DNA of 64,000 nt from Planctomycetota bacterium (lineage in GTDB: Bacteria > Planctomycetota > UBA1135 > UBA2386), in NCBI GenBank assembly GCA_965228735.1, contig OZ245838.1:4576001-4640000 (forward strand), read 5' to 3'. This document shows positions 37,337 through 48,325 of this stretch, in pieces. The stretch's first letter is position 1. Every line of letters begins with the position of its first letter. The position numbers were made by a program, and so were the translations under genes. Below the pieces are notes generated by a model. That model saw only the letters and a program-made list of their open reading frames with translations, ran no database searches and had not been told where the DNA came from.

Positions 37337-38113
37337 ATGATCACCTCCGAGGAACTCGAGCGAATCGTCCGCCGGCACCTGGAGACCGGGAAAGGGGGCG
37401 AGGAAGAACTACTGCATCAGCGCGACCGCGATCGCGGCGGTCTGGCCCGGCTCCGGACCGACTCCGGTGATCAGATCATCGTCAAGATCTGGCATACGCG
37501 CGGCTTCAAGGCCCGGCTGAAGCGAGCCCTCAAGCTGAGCAACGGGTGGCGGGAATGGCGGGTCCACAGCTCGGTGTTCGCCGCCGGGGTACCGACGCCT
37601 CGGCCGTTGGGCTACTGCCGATTCGATTCGTCTGCCGGGCGATTCGAAGCGATGGGCATCGAGGATCTCGGGTCCACGACCCGCGCGCTGTTCCACCTCA
37701 AGAACCTGATCGCCGAAGGTGCCGAGGATCAGGTCACGAGGCTCGAGGAGACCCTGATCCAGTTCACCGGCAAGATGGTCAACATGGGGCTCGTCGACGT
37801 GGATCACCAGCTCAACAACTTCCTGATCGACTCGCAGGGGGCCACGTACAGGGTCGATTTCGAATGCGCGCGACCCCGGCCCGCCAGCCGCGGGACCCGC
37901 TTGTTCGCTGAGATGTTGGCGCGCCTCATCGCCAGTCACGTGTATGCCGTGCAACCGGATACCCGTCGAACGGTTGAATTCGCGCGTAGGCTCTACGCCG
38001 CGCTGCAGATCGACGCGCCAATCCGGGCCATGATCGCCGCGAGCGTGCAGTTGAAGATGGACCATCAGCGGGCCGAGCACGGCGTGAATTCGGAAGTCTC
38101 GTTGCCTCTTTGA
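37337..38113 (+). CDS. Lipopolysaccharide kinase-like protein (Kdo/WaaP/InaA family)
   Basis: IVKIW, EWRV, VPTPRPLG, DHQLNNFLI, VDFE. Confidence 0.65.
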   Translation: MITSEELERIVRRHLETGKGGEEELLHQRDRDRGGLARLRTDSGDQIIVKIWHTRGFKARLKRALKLSNGWREWRVHSSVFAAGVPTPRPLGYCRFDSSAGRFEAMGIEDLGSTTRALFHLKNLIAEGAEDQVTRLEETLIQFTGKMVNMGLVDVDHQLNNFLIDSQGATYRVDFECARPRPASRGTRLFAEMLARLIASHVYAVQPDTRRTVEFARRLYAALQIDAPIRAMIAASVQLKMDHQRAEHGVNSEVSLPL

Positions 38114-38610
38114 AGTTTTCGTGGCCGAGTCTGCGAATCGGTGCGTAGCGCCGCCGAGCGCTGGCCCGAATCCAGCTTCGGATCAGCAACTCGCCTCACG
38201 GATGGCGTCCCATGCGCGTGCTGAGGCGACTTGTCTCGTTTTCGCTCCTTCACAATCGCTTGGCGGACTTCCAATCATTGCGGCGTGGCGTTCACTTCGA
38301 CGCCATTGGGCGAGCTCTCGAGGTCCAGTCGTCGGGCTCGCGCCCTAGCGGCCTCGGGTGCCAACGTGATCGAGTCCGATCGCGGTGCTATGGTCCGCCT
38401 CCCTGCCGAGGGCCCCTTTCGGCTGCCGGAGGATCCGATGCTGTCGATTGCCTCACCGCTAGTCCCTGGCGGTGCTGTCTTGGAATGCGACAGCGCGTGT
38501 CTCGAACCGAGGCACTGTCGAACAAGCGAGCGAATGAGATTCAAGTCGGCCCAGCCTGCTCTCGATGACCAGCCAGCATCGCCGCGTTCGCAACTCGGAG
38601 AATCCTGAAC

Positions 38611-40920
38611 ATGACTACCTCATCGCAGCGCTGGACGACCGTCGCCGTCTTGTCGCTCTCGTTGCTCGTTTCTTGCGCCTCGGGTGAGCAGGACGGAACC
38701 GGCGCCGGCAACGAGCTTCAAGTCCTCACCGATGGACTCCCAGACGCGCTGGTCGGCTCCAGTTACTCCGCTGCGATCGAGGTTACCGGCGGTACTCCGG
38801 GCTACACGTTCACGGTGGTCGATGGCAGTCTGCCCACCGGTCTCGATTGGAACGACACGAGCGGCGCGATCTCGGGCGTGCCGTCGACTGCTGGTTCGTA
38901 TCAGTGCACGATCCAGGTCGAGGATAGCAGCGTTCCTCCACTGATCGCGCAGCAGGCCGTTTCGGTCAACGTCTACACGCCGGCTACCGCGCTGACCGTG
39001 CATTCGACCTCTCTTCCGGGAGCAACGCAGGGGGCCAACTACTTCTCGAGCGTATTGGTCTCGGGGGGCACTCCGCCCTACGGATTCTCGGTCTCGGCGG
39101 GCTCGCTTTCGCCTGGCCTCAACCTCGATACAGCAACCGGGGACGTGCTCGGCACGCCAACGTTGAGTGGCAGTTTCGCGTTCACTGTCACGGTGACGGA
39201 CAGTGCCAGTCCGGCTCAAGTCACCCACAGTGGCCTGTCTCTGGTGGTCGCGTCGAATGGCTCCAATCCGACGGCAACGTTCACCGCCAGCCGAACGACC
39301 GGTGTAGCGCCGCTGTCGATCTTCTTCGACGCGACGACGATCGCGAGTCCTCAGTACCCGCGGAAGTTCCATCACGTTCAATACAACTGGGACTTCTCCG
39401 ATCCGGGGTCGAGGCGTCCGACGGCAACGGGCCCGATGGCGGTGCACGTGTTCGAGGATCCGGGCACGTACGTGGTGACGTGTGTCGCCCTCGAGCCGGA
39501 TGGCACGCAGATCAACGAAGCGATGCTGATTCAGGTACAGGACCCGGACGTCGTGTTTGCCGGGACCGATACCATTTGCTTCTCCAACACCGCCAACTTT
39601 CCTGGGGCTCCGGTCGGCGCGAACCTGGTGACGACTAGTTCCTTCGACACAGCCCTCGCATACGCCGGCACAGGTAAGCGGTTGCTGTTCCGTCGCGGCC
39701 ACACGTTCTACAACTCGAGCACGCTCACGATCGATTCGCAGGGTCCGATGCTCGTCGGCGCGTTCGGGACCGGCACGAACCCAGACGTTCGTGGCATCTT
39801 CGGTAACAACCCGGTGATCGACGTGACTCACACGAGCGATGTGCTCGAGCTCGGTGACAACGGTTCGGAGTGCACGGACCTGCGCCTGATGGACCTGGAC
39901 TTCGATCCGCCCTCGGGCACCCCGCAGAAGCTCATCGGTGCCGCGTACCGCGTCGTGAACACGCTCGTGTATCGCATCAAAGCGGGCGAGTTCCGCCAGA
40001 TGGTGAGCTTGTCGGACGGGATCCCGAACTTTTATTCCATCGCGAATCACGATCTGACGACGATTGCCGACTGCCACTTCTGGGAAACCAGCGAGTACGG
40101 CGCTTACGTCTCCTCGAACCGTTCCGCGATTCTGGGGAGCCACTTCTTCTCGATCCCGACGGGCAGTGATCAGCACTTGATCCGGTTGCCCTGGGTCAAG
40201 AAGGGCATTATCGCCGGCAACTACATGCGGGGTGCTGCTCCGAACAAGAACTGCATCAAGCTGCATGCCCTGCCCTACACGGGTTCGGCGGCCCAGATTT
40301 CCGAAGACCTGATCATCGCGGACAACGAGATCCACACGACGACGGACTGGGGCGTCACGATCGGAACCGCGAGTTCATCTCGCGACGAACGGGTTCGTAA
40401 CGTCGTCGTCGAGCGAAACCAGTTCGTTTCCCACAACGGCAGTCAGGTCGACCTGGTCGTCAACTGTCCAGAGGTCACCGCTCGCAACAACGTGTTCGTG
40501 AACGACATCACCAATTCGCTCGGGCACTACTGCATCCGAGTCGCGCAGCGCGGACCCGGCCCGTCCCCGGCCAGCGTGGAGATCCTTCACAACACCGCCT
40601 ACACGACGAACAGCTCAATGCCGTCGATCGACCTCGTCAACGTCGGAACCCACGTGGGCGGCGCGGCCAAGGTTTGGAACAACTTGCTCTACGCTCCGAA
40701 TCTCCCGTCGTCGGCGATCGCTTCCGGGTCGGCGCCGATCGATTCGCAGGGCAACCTGCTGAACATCAACCCGCTGTTCGTCAACCCGTCGGCTTGGGAC
40801 CTCTCGTTGCAGGCGTCGTCGCCGGCGATCGGCATCGGCATCGTAGCTCCCGTGTTGGTGGACTACATGAACGATCCGCGCTCCGGAGCGGCGCCCGATG
40901 CCGGCGCCTACGAGTTCTAG
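38611..40920 (+). CDS. Lipoprotein with two Ig-like (He_PIG) domains, PKD and right-handed beta-helix
   Basis: Lipobox LLVSC, two GGTP.Y.F.V..GSL..GL...G..SG.P repeats, TGVAPLSIFFDA/YNWDF, Asn-rich repeats, LQASSPAIG..APDAGAYE tail. Confidence 0.8.
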   Translation: MTTSSQRWTTVAVLSLSLLVSCASGEQDGTGAGNELQVLTDGLPDALVGSSYSAAIEVTGGTPGYTFTVVDGSLPTGLDWNDTSGAISGVPSTAGSYQCTIQVEDSSVPPLIAQQAVSVNVYTPATALTVHSTSLPGATQGANYFSSVLVSGGTPPYGFSVSAGSLSPGLNLDTATGDVLGTPTLSGSFAFTVTVTDSASPAQVTHSGLSLVVASNGSNPTATFTASRTTGVAPLSIFFDATTIASPQYPRKFHHVQYNWDFSDPGSRRPTATGPMAVHVFEDPGTYVVTCVALEPDGTQINEAMLIQVQDPDVVFAGTDTICFSNTANFPGAPVGANLVTTSSFDTALAYAGTGKRLLFRRGHTFYNSSTLTIDSQGPMLVGAFGTGTNPDVRGIFGNNPVIDVTHTSDVLELGDNGSECTDLRLMDLDFDPPSGTPQKLIGAAYRVVNTLVYRIKAGEFRQMVSLSDGIPNFYSIANHDLTTIADCHFWETSEYGAYVSSNRSAILGSHFFSIPTGSDQHLIRLPWVKKGIIAGNYMRGAAPNKNCIKLHALPYTGSAAQISEDLIIADNEIHTTTDWGVTIGTASSSRDERVRNVVVERNQFVSHNGSQVDLVVNCPEVTARNNVFVNDITNSLGHYCIRVAQRGPGPSPASVEILHNTAYTTNSSMPSIDLVNVGTHVGGAAKVWNNLLYAPNLPSSAIASGSAPIDSQGNLLNINPLFVNPSAWDLSLQASSPAIGIGIVAPVLVDYMNDPRSGAAPDAGAYEF

Positions 40921-40998
40921 AAGCTGGGCCGACAAAGGGCGGCGGTCGAGCTTCTGGTCTATGCGCTGCCGCTGGTCGGGCTTGTGGCCACCGGACTC

Positions 40999-41829
40999 TC
41001 AGTTGGTCTTGATTCCGAGGATTGCGCGAGCGCGGTCTCGAAACTCGGTTCGCCTCTCCCGTGGAACCGCGAAGTAGTTCGTCGTTCTGCGCGGGTAGAT
41101 GTGGCTTTCGAGGAAGCCGTCCAGGCCGAGTCCGTCATCCTCATGCGCAACCCGGTTGGGTACCTGAATCGCGTAGTCGTGGCGTTCGAACTCTTCCCAG
41201 AGTCCGTTCTTTGTGAAGCCTAGAACTTCCGAGCTCGTCGGGCCGCTCTCGAACATGACGAGAGGGCGGCGGTTCCGAAGTAGTTCGGGAGCCCCTCTGA
41301 GGACACCGAGCTCGGCTCCTTCCACGTCGATCTTCACGACGTCGACGGCCTCGTTGCCGACCAGGTCGTCCAGTCGCTTCACGCCTACCTGGATCTCGGT
41401 AACGTCCGTGCCGGACTTGGAAGGCCGTCTCAACGAGTTGTAACCCGACCGGCGCCGATCGAGATGGAACGACGCGGTGCCGTCTTGTTCGCCGACCGCA
41501 CAGTCGTGGACCGTCGCGCGCGGAAAGCGCAAGCGCAGGCGCTTGGCCTTGTCGGGGGTGGCTTCGATCGCGATGACCCGAACGTCTGGACAGTGTGCCA
41601 AAACGGCCGCCGTGATCGACCCGATGTGAGCCCCCACGTCGACGAACACGCTCCCTGGCTTCGGCAGACGAACTACGAGCGAAGTGGAGATCTCGTCGTT
41701 AGCGTGGGTGCCAACGGCTTCTCGGTTCCGGATCGCGGCATGCGTAAGCTCCAGTATCCCTCTCGCCGTGCTCAGCCACCGACCGAACGGTGTCGTCAAG
41801 ATGCGCTGCTTCAGGCCTTGGACGATCAC
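40999..41829 (-). CDS. FkbM-family methyltransferase
   Basis: FVDVGAHIG, KIDVEGAE. Confidence 0.88.
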   Translation of the reverse strand: MIVQGLKQRILTTPFGRWLSTARGILELTHAAIRNREAVGTHANDEISTSLVVRLPKPGSVFVDVGAHIGSITAAVLAHCPDVRVIAIEATPDKAKRLRLRFPRATVHDCAVGEQDGTASFHLDRRRSGYNSLRRPSKSGTDVTEIQVGVKRLDDLVGNEAVDVVKIDVEGAELGVLRGAPELLRNRRPLVMFESGPTSSEVLGFTKNGLWEEFERHDYAIQVPNRVAHEDDGLGLDGFLESHIYPRRTTNYFAVPRERRTEFRDRARAILGIKTN

Positions 41830-42049
41830 GGCACGTTCGGGTGGGGTGGATGCTGGCCCGACACGAAGGAGGTTACTTCATGCCGGGAGGCTGGGCTGGC
41901 GAAACCTACGTTCCTCAGATCAGGGGGTCCAGAATCCTCTGGTCGAAGCTGCGCGTTAGGTGGCGCGATCGGAGTCGGACGACGTCGCGGGGTCCGCATC
42001 GTCTGATTTCGGGATTGACTTGCACGATGAAGTGGGAGGATGACGCGAC

Positions 42050-42904
42050 GTGACCGATTCCTTGTTGAGCGACGTGACCACCGACCGGGGCGAGACCTTT
42101 CCGGTCCGCCGGTGGGGAATGCGGGGTCTGCCCATGATTCTGCACCATGCGACCGGCTTCTGTAAGGAAGTATGGGACCCGGTGGCGCGGGAGCTCGCCG
42201 CGGCCCACGTCGTCTACGCGTTCGACGCCCGGGGCCATGGTGACGGGCCGCCCGTCGACGGTGAACTCTCGTGGGAGCGATACTCGGCGGATTTGGCGGA
42301 TGTCTCGCGCGCCATCGCGCGTTGCGCCGGGTTCGAGTCGTTCGCGGGCCTGATCGGCCATTCACTGGGCGGCGTCGCTGGCCTCACGGCGGCTGTCGCT
42401 GAGCCGCAGCTATTCCGCCGACTGCTCCTCGTCGAGCCTGTGCTCATACCCGGTGCTGGTTGCAACGCACGTCAGCGCGGGCGTAGTCCTTTTTCGGTCA
42501 TGACCCGCATGCGACGCGCCAGATTCGATTCCCGTCGCCATGCCCGCGAGGTCTTGTCCGAGACCCCGCCCTACAGCCGGTTCTCCCCGGAGGTCTTCGA
42601 TGCGTATCTAGAGACGTGTTGGCGAGATCTCGACGGCGGTGAAGTCGGACTCAAGTGTTCGCCCGAACTGGAGGCGGCGATCTACGAGTTCGGCCCTACG
42701 AAGGTGCTCGACGGTCTCGATGGGTTTCACGTGCCGACCAGAATCGTGGCGGCTAATAGGGGCGACTTTCTTGCCGCCTATACATCCTTGCGAATTCACC
42801 GTTGGCTCGAGGTCGTCGAGGTCGATAGCAGCCACCTCGTGCCCATGGAGGATCCTCACACGATCGTCGATCTGGCGCGAAGTTGGTTCAAAGCGGGTGG
42901 CTAA
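42050..42904 (+). CDS. Alpha/beta hydrolase
   Basis: HATGF, DARGHG, GHSLGG, HLVPME; RBS GGAGG. Confidence 0.88.
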   Translation: MTDSLLSDVTTDRGETFPVRRWGMRGLPMILHHATGFCKEVWDPVARELAAAHVVYAFDARGHGDGPPVDGELSWERYSADLADVSRAIARCAGFESFAGLIGHSLGGVAGLTAAVAEPQLFRRLLLVEPVLIPGAGCNARQRGRSPFSVMTRMRRARFDSRRHAREVLSETPPYSRFSPEVFDAYLETCWRDLDGGEVGLKCSPELEAAIYEFGPTKVLDGLDGFHVPTRIVAANRGDFLAAYTSLRIHRWLEVVEVDSSHLVPMEDPHTIVDLARSWFKAGG

Positions 42905-42957
42905 CCCCTCGCCGGCGGGCGTTGGTGCTGCAGGGCCCCGTTCGTCGAGCGCTGTCA

Positions 42958-43551
42958 CTAACTCGTCTTTGCTGGCGACTTGAGCACCGGGCTCCCTGGC
43001 ATGCGTCGGGCCGGGTTGCCGATCATCGTTACCCCTGGCTCCACGTCCGTGACGATGACGGAGTTGGCGCCGATCACCGCATCGTGCCCCACCGTTACTG
43101 GCCCCGCGATGCAAGCACCCGCATAGATGTCGACCCGATCGCCGATGACCGGTAGGCCGTCGGACTCGGCGTTGCGGCGAGCGATACCGCAGGCGAAGTT
43201 CTGGCGCATCTGAACGTCGTCACCGATCGACTCTGCCATGATGTAGATCCCGCCGTGGTGCCAGATTCGGACTCGGCGGCCCAGCTTGACCGCGTACGGC
43301 ACGTGGGTCGCGAACGCCATGATCATGAAGCGGTTGAGGACCCGGTAGAGGACCGTGAACGGGAATCGCACGAGCTTCGGCAAGCCCATGCGCCAGTTGC
43401 CGAATCGGTGGATCCAGATCGCCCACAGTCCGGGTTGAAGCAGGCCCCGGTCATGGGCGCAGTAGTCCTCCCAGAGCAACCGGAACAACCCGATGCCAGC
43501 CGGGTTCTGGTTGGTCGAGCCGCGGCGCGGTTGAGGATTCGGGGAGTTCAT
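42958..43551 (-). CDS. CysE/WcaB-like hexapeptide acetyltransferase
   Basis: IHRFGNW, PVIGDRVDIYAGA, IGANSVIVTDV, GNPAR. Confidence 0.85.
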   Translation of the reverse strand: MNSPNPQPRRGSTNQNPAGIGLFRLLWEDYCAHDRGLLQPGLWAIWIHRFGNWRMGLPKLVRFPFTVLYRVLNRFMIMAFATHVPYAVKLGRRVRIWHHGGIYIMAESIGDDVQMRQNFACGIARRNAESDGLPVIGDRVDIYAGACIAGPVTVGHDAVIGANSVIVTDVEPGVTMIGNPARRMPGSPVLKSPAKTS

Positions 43552-43758
43552 GGGGCCAGGGAACAGTACCTCAGCGGGCGTCAGCGGCCGAGCGGATTGG
43601 CCTTGCCGGGGGATGGCTCGGTCGCCTCGGCATCGGCCAGGTGTCAGATGGCTCCGAGCGGGCCTACCCGTTTTCGAGGCGATGTGCGGGCTTGGATCCT
43701 GTCCCGGCTCATGGTCAGGTTGCGGGTCGAGACCGGGCCTTCGCTTGGTCCCCTACCG

Positions 43759-44721
43759 ATGTCAACCAGATCGAGGAACCCGGAGCCACGGTACTGTCTG
43801 ATTTCGCCGTGCAGAGACGAGGTGGAGTACGTCCGTAAGACGCTGGACTCGGTATTGAACCAGACCTTGCTACCGGCCTGTTGGGTCATCGTGGACGATG
43901 GCTCCACGGACGGCACGGAGAAGATCCTCGCAGAGTACGCGCAACGACATCCGTACATCAGGATTGTCCGGCGAGCGGATCGCGGTCGTCGCCGCGTCGG
44001 ACCTGGAGTCGTCGACGCATTTTACGCGGGCTACGAGACCGTGGACATGAACGACTTCGACTACGTCTGCAAACTGGACGTCGACCTCGACCTGCCGGAA
44101 CGCTACTTCGAGACGCTGATCGCGAAGATGGAGGCCGATCCGAGGATCGGTACCTGCAGCGGCAAGCCCTACTTCCGGTTGGGAGACCGGCTCGTCAGTG
44201 AGGCGTGCGGCGACGAGAATTCAGTCGGGATGACCAAGCTCTTTCGCGTCGAGTGCTTCCGCGACATCGGCGGATTCGTGCGAGAGGTCATGTGGGACGG
44301 CATCGATGGACATCGTTGCCGCATGCTTGGTTGGATCGCGGTCAGCTGGGACGAGCCCGAGCTGCGTTTCGAGCACCTACGCGTCATGGGCTCGAGCGAG
44401 AAGGGCATCTGGACCGGCCGAAAGCGCCACGGCTACGGGCAGTGGTTCATGGGAACGGGGTTGCCGTACATGGTGGCCACGGCGCTGTTCCGCATGAGTC
44501 GGCACCCGTATGTGATCGGCGGACTGGCCATGCTCGCCGGCTACATCGGGGCCATGCTGCGACGATCAGCCCGGTATCCAGATCTCGCGTTTCGGGCATT
44601 CCTTCGCCGATACCAGTGGTCTTGCCTGCTTCGCGGCAAGGGTGCGGCGACCAGGCGCCTCAACGAAGCCAGCGAGCAGGTGTGGCGCGAACGGCAGGCG
44701 AATTCCGTTGCCGATCGATGA
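43759..44721 (+). CDS. Glycosyltransferase family 2
   Basis: ISPCRDE, VDDGSTDGT, KLDVD. Confidence 0.9.
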   Translation: MSTRSRNPEPRYCLISPCRDEVEYVRKTLDSVLNQTLLPACWVIVDDGSTDGTEKILAEYAQRHPYIRIVRRADRGRRRVGPGVVDAFYAGYETVDMNDFDYVCKLDVDLDLPERYFETLIAKMEADPRIGTCSGKPYFRLGDRLVSEACGDENSVGMTKLFRVECFRDIGGFVREVMWDGIDGHRCRMLGWIAVSWDEPELRFEHLRVMGSSEKGIWTGRKRHGYGQWFMGTGLPYMVATALFRMSRHPYVIGGLAMLAGYIGAMLRRSARYPDLAFRAFLRRYQWSCLLRGKGAATRRLNEASEQVWRERQANSVADR

Positions 44722-44743
44722 GCCGGTTGGCCGGTGACACGGG

Positions 44744-45319
44744 TCAGTTCCCCCGCGCGACGGCCAGTGCACGCTTGCGCGATAGCGGCTTCTTGTCGGC
44801 GATCCACTCGAACCCGGCTCGCAGGATCGATCGAATCGATGGCACATTGCGGCGACTGCAGTCGACGTAGGCCGTTCCGCGGTTCGCGAGCTCCGCGTGC
44901 ATGGCGAAGCGATAGAGCTTCGGAGCCACACCGCGGCCGCGGAACGCTGGATACGTCCGGACACGAAAGAACACGATGTCTTCGGGTTCGAGCGGAAGGA
45001 ACCACTCCGCGAAGTACCGCCCCTTCCGGGTGAGCAGCAGTCCGGCCGTTCGGTTGTTGATCGACGCGACGTACAGCGTCGAGTTCTCGCGCAGCTCGCG
45101 CCTGTCTTCGGCCAACGTGGATTCGCCGCCTTCCGCGATGATGGCGCGGCAGACTTCGGCCGGGAGCTCGTCCGCGTTCTCGTACGCACGAAACGAGAGC
45201 TCGGTATCCGTCACCGCCGAGTAGGGGCCCCGATGCGCGAACACGTGGTGCTTGTTGGGCCAAAGGACCCACCAGTAGCCCCGCAGGCGTCGAAGGCCTT
45301 TACCGACCAGGCCGGGCAT
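44744..45319 (-). CDS. GNAT N-acetyltransferase
   Basis: RTYPAFRGRGVA, NVPSIRSILRAGF; start uncertain. Confidence 0.8.
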   Translation of the reverse strand: MPGLVGKGLRRLRGYWWVLWPNKHHVFAHRGPYSAVTDTELSFRAYENADELPAEVCRAIIAEGGESTLAEDRRELRENSTLYVASINNRTAGLLLTRKGRYFAEWFLPLEPEDIVFFRVRTYPAFRGRGVAPKLYRFAMHAELANRGTAYVDCSRRNVPSIRSILRAGFEWIADKKPLSRKRALAVARGN

Positions 45320-45665
45320 GCGGTCCAGGCGAGACGGTTCGGGTACGCGCATCGAGCTGGCGGGGGAGACGGAGAGCGAAGTCATGCGGCCGGTCGTGAG
45401 CTGCCAGCGGTAGTCTGGCACGTTCTCGGCGCACGGCCAGCCGATTGTACGAATGGTTCTCTTCTCGAGCACGGGAGACTTGGAGCCGACCTTGCAACAG
45501 TCGAGACGGCAGGGCGTCGGCATCCGTTCGGATGCGTGATCCGCTGATGGCATCGGTGCCTGCCGGCGGCGACCGGAGCGTTTTGGCTGGACTGGGTATC
45601 GTGACCGCTATTGAATCCGGATGGGCTTCGAGTGCCTCGTGGCCGAGGTTGCCGCAAGCCACCAC

Positions 45666-46919
45666 ATGAAGATCAACATCCCGTACGGCCGATCCGCCGT
45701 TCATCCTCTCGAGCTTGACGCGCGGACTCGCATTCAGGTTCTCGAGGCGAACGAAGCGCCGGAGGTCGACGAGGAGCAGGTCATTCAGCACGCGGTTCGG
45801 AATCCGATCGACAGCGAGCCGCTCGAGACCTTTCTCGCGGGGGCGCGGGATGTGCTCGTGATCGTGAACGACGCGACGCGCCCGACCCCGACTGCTCGAA
45901 TCCTCGACTACATCGACAGCTCGCTGCAGCGCGTCGAGCATCGCTTCATCGTGGCGACGGGCGCCCATCGGGCCCCGACCGAGGCGGAGTACCAACGAAT
46001 CTTCGGCGATCGTTACCCGACGATTCGTGGCCGCGTCACTTCGCACGACTCGAAGCGCCGGGAGGACATGGTCGATCTCGGGCACTCATCGAACGGGACT
46101 CCGATCCTCATCAACCGGGCAGCGATCGATGCCGATCGACTCGTGATCATCGGCGGAGTCGTGCCGCACTATTTCGCGGGCTACACCGGCGGCCGCAAGT
46201 CGCTGCTGCCGGGCATCGCGGGGTTCGAGACCATCGAAGCGAACCACCGCCTCGCCTTGCAGTCCTCGGCTCGGGCGCTGGCGCTGCGCGGGAATCCGGT
46301 TCACGAGGACATGGAGGATGCGATTCGCTCGGTCGAGAAACCCGTGTTCTCGATCATGGTCGTGCCGGACAAGAACCACCGGGTGGCTGCTGCAACGGCT
46401 GGCCACATCCATGGATCGTTCGAGCGTGCGGTCGAGAAGAGCAATCGGATCTTCGTCGCGCCGCTGGCCAGGAAAGCCGACATCGTCGTATCCGTCGTCA
46501 AACCGCCGCAGGACATCGACCTCTATCAGGCTCAGAAGGGGATCGAGAACGCGAAGCTCGCATTGAAGGATGGTGGCATCATCATCCTCGTCGCGGAGTG
46601 TGACAACGGCGTTGGTTCGAGCACGTTCGCTGACCTCCTCCGTAGTCGCGAGACGTCCCAAGAGGTCCTCGCAGAGATCGACCGTTCGTTCCGGCTGGGG
46701 TACCAGAAGGCCGGGATGATGGCCGAGATCGATACCTGGGCGAAGATGTGGATCGTGACGGACATCGATCGTGACGAGTTGCAGGGGTTGTTCCTCACCC
46801 CGTTCGGGAGCGTTCAGGAGGCCGTCGACCGCGCTCTCGAGGACAAGGGCCCGGACGCCGAGCTGCTGGTCCTGATGGATGGCGGAATGACGGTTCCGAG
46901 CGTCGGGTCGGGTGCTTGA
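45666..46919 (+). CDS. larA: LarA-family nickel-pincer-dependent racemase/epimerase
   Basis: NDATRPTP, ATGAHR, PHYFAGYTGGRKSLLPGI, EANH, GNPVHEDM, DLYQAQKG. Confidence 0.9.
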   Translation: MKINIPYGRSAVHPLELDARTRIQVLEANEAPEVDEEQVIQHAVRNPIDSEPLETFLAGARDVLVIVNDATRPTPTARILDYIDSSLQRVEHRFIVATGAHRAPTEAEYQRIFGDRYPTIRGRVTSHDSKRREDMVDLGHSSNGTPILINRAAIDADRLVIIGGVVPHYFAGYTGGRKSLLPGIAGFETIEANHRLALQSSARALALRGNPVHEDMEDAIRSVEKPVFSIMVVPDKNHRVAAATAGHIHGSFERAVEKSNRIFVAPLARKADIVVSVVKPPQDIDLYQAQKGIENAKLALKDGGIIILVAECDNGVGSSTFADLLRSRETSQEVLAEIDRSFRLGYQKAGMMAEIDTWAKMWIVTDIDRDELQGLFLTPFGSVQEAVDRALEDKGPDAELLVLMDGGMTVPSVGSGA

Positions 46920-47092
46920 CCGCGCGAGCGCAAGCTGTTGTCGCGCCCCTGTTCCGCGCGGTTGCTCCCGGCAAGGGTCGGTTCAAGGCCGCGATGGGAG
47001 GGGGTCGATAGTGGCTCGCGGGTTGCAGGAGGCGGATGCGGCTGCCGGGACCGGTGCGCCGTTGCCGCGGCAAGTGGAATGAGGCACACGAA

Positions 47093-48325
47093 ATGACGAC
47101 GGCCGCTGTCCGAGAACTGCTGCGGTCGAGCAAGGCGGCTGCCGTTGTGTTCCCGCTGAGCTACAACGGCGTCCTCTTCACGCGGGCGTTGCATGCCGAG
47201 GGCGTCCCCGTCGTGGGCGTCGTGCAGCCGCCCAGGGACTGCTTCTGGTGGACGTGGAGTTGCAGGAAGGTCGTCGTCGACGATCTCTACGGCGAGGACA
47301 CGGTGGCGACCCTGATCGCCCTCGGTGAGATCGCCGACATCAAACCCGTGCTGATCGCTACGTCCGATGAGGGGTTGCTCTTCATCACGAGGCACCGGGA
47401 GCGGCTGGCGCCTTTCTTCCGCATCAACGTTCCACGTGCGGATACCGCGGCACTCCTGATGGACAAGCTGAGTCTGTACGGCTGGGGCAGCGACCGGTTC
47501 GACTTTCCGAAGACGCTCGCGATCCACTCGGACGACGAGCTGGCCCGGGCGGTGAGCGAGGTGACGATGCCGGCGATCATCAAGCCGACCTATCGCGACG
47601 CGAACTGGCCGCCAGAGCTCGACAAGGCAGTGCTGTGCGAAGACACAGCTACGATGGAGGCCTACTATCGCGAGGCCAAGGACCACGCGCCGACCTTCCT
47701 GGTTTCGGAGTACGTCCCGGGCGGTGACGCGAACATCGAAACTTGCCACGTCTACTACGATCGGGGGCGGATGTTGGCGTCGTACACGGACCAGAAGATC
47801 CGGCAGTCGCCGCCACTGACGGGAACCGGCGCGTTCATCTCGTCGTGCCACAACCCCGAGATCCGCGACATCACGAAGCGGTTCTTCGACGCCCACGGGG
47901 ACTACTCGGGCGTCGGCGGGATCGAGTTCAAGAAGGACGAGCGGACGGGCAGCTTCAAGATCATCGAGCCGTTCGTCGGCCGACCGAGCAGTCACTTCTA
48001 CACCGGCCTGGGCGAGGGGTTCAACTTCCCCTATCTCGTCTACTGCCACATCGCCGGGCTCGACGTTCCGGAGTATCAGCAGTCCCGCCGGATCGTCAGT
48101 CAGTTGGACGAAGAGTTCGAGCTGCGCTCGTTCCGGTGGTACCTGCGCCAGGGTGAGATGACGATCTGGGGCTACATCAGAGCCGTTTGCAGCACCCGGG
48201 TCTTCGTGCGCTATTCGCTGCGTGATCCGATCGTCGGGCTGGTGTACACGGCGCAGGTCTTGCGGCGGATCGTCGGGAAGGCGTTCGCGCGCTTGATCGG
48301 CAAACGCGGCAAGGACCCGGCGTGA
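47093..48325 (+). CDS. ATP-grasp carboxylate-amine ligase, D-aspartate-ligase-like
   Basis: VLIATSDE, LLMDK, PKT, IIKP, SEYVPGGD, KIRQSP, IEFKKDERTGSFKIIE. Confidence 0.8.
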   Translation: MTTAAVRELLRSSKAAAVVFPLSYNGVLFTRALHAEGVPVVGVVQPPRDCFWWTWSCRKVVVDDLYGEDTVATLIALGEIADIKPVLIATSDEGLLFITRHRERLAPFFRINVPRADTAALLMDKLSLYGWGSDRFDFPKTLAIHSDDELARAVSEVTMPAIIKPTYRDANWPPELDKAVLCEDTATMEAYYREAKDHAPTFLVSEYVPGGDANIETCHVYYDRGRMLASYTDQKIRQSPPLTGTGAFISSCHNPEIRDITKRFFDAHGDYSGVGGIEFKKDERTGSFKIIEPFVGRPSSHFYTGLGEGFNFPYLVYCHIAGLDVPEYQQSRRIVSQLDEEFELRSFRWYLRQGEMTIWGYIRAVCSTRVFVRYSLRDPIVGLVYTAQVLRRIVGKAFARLIGKRGKDPA

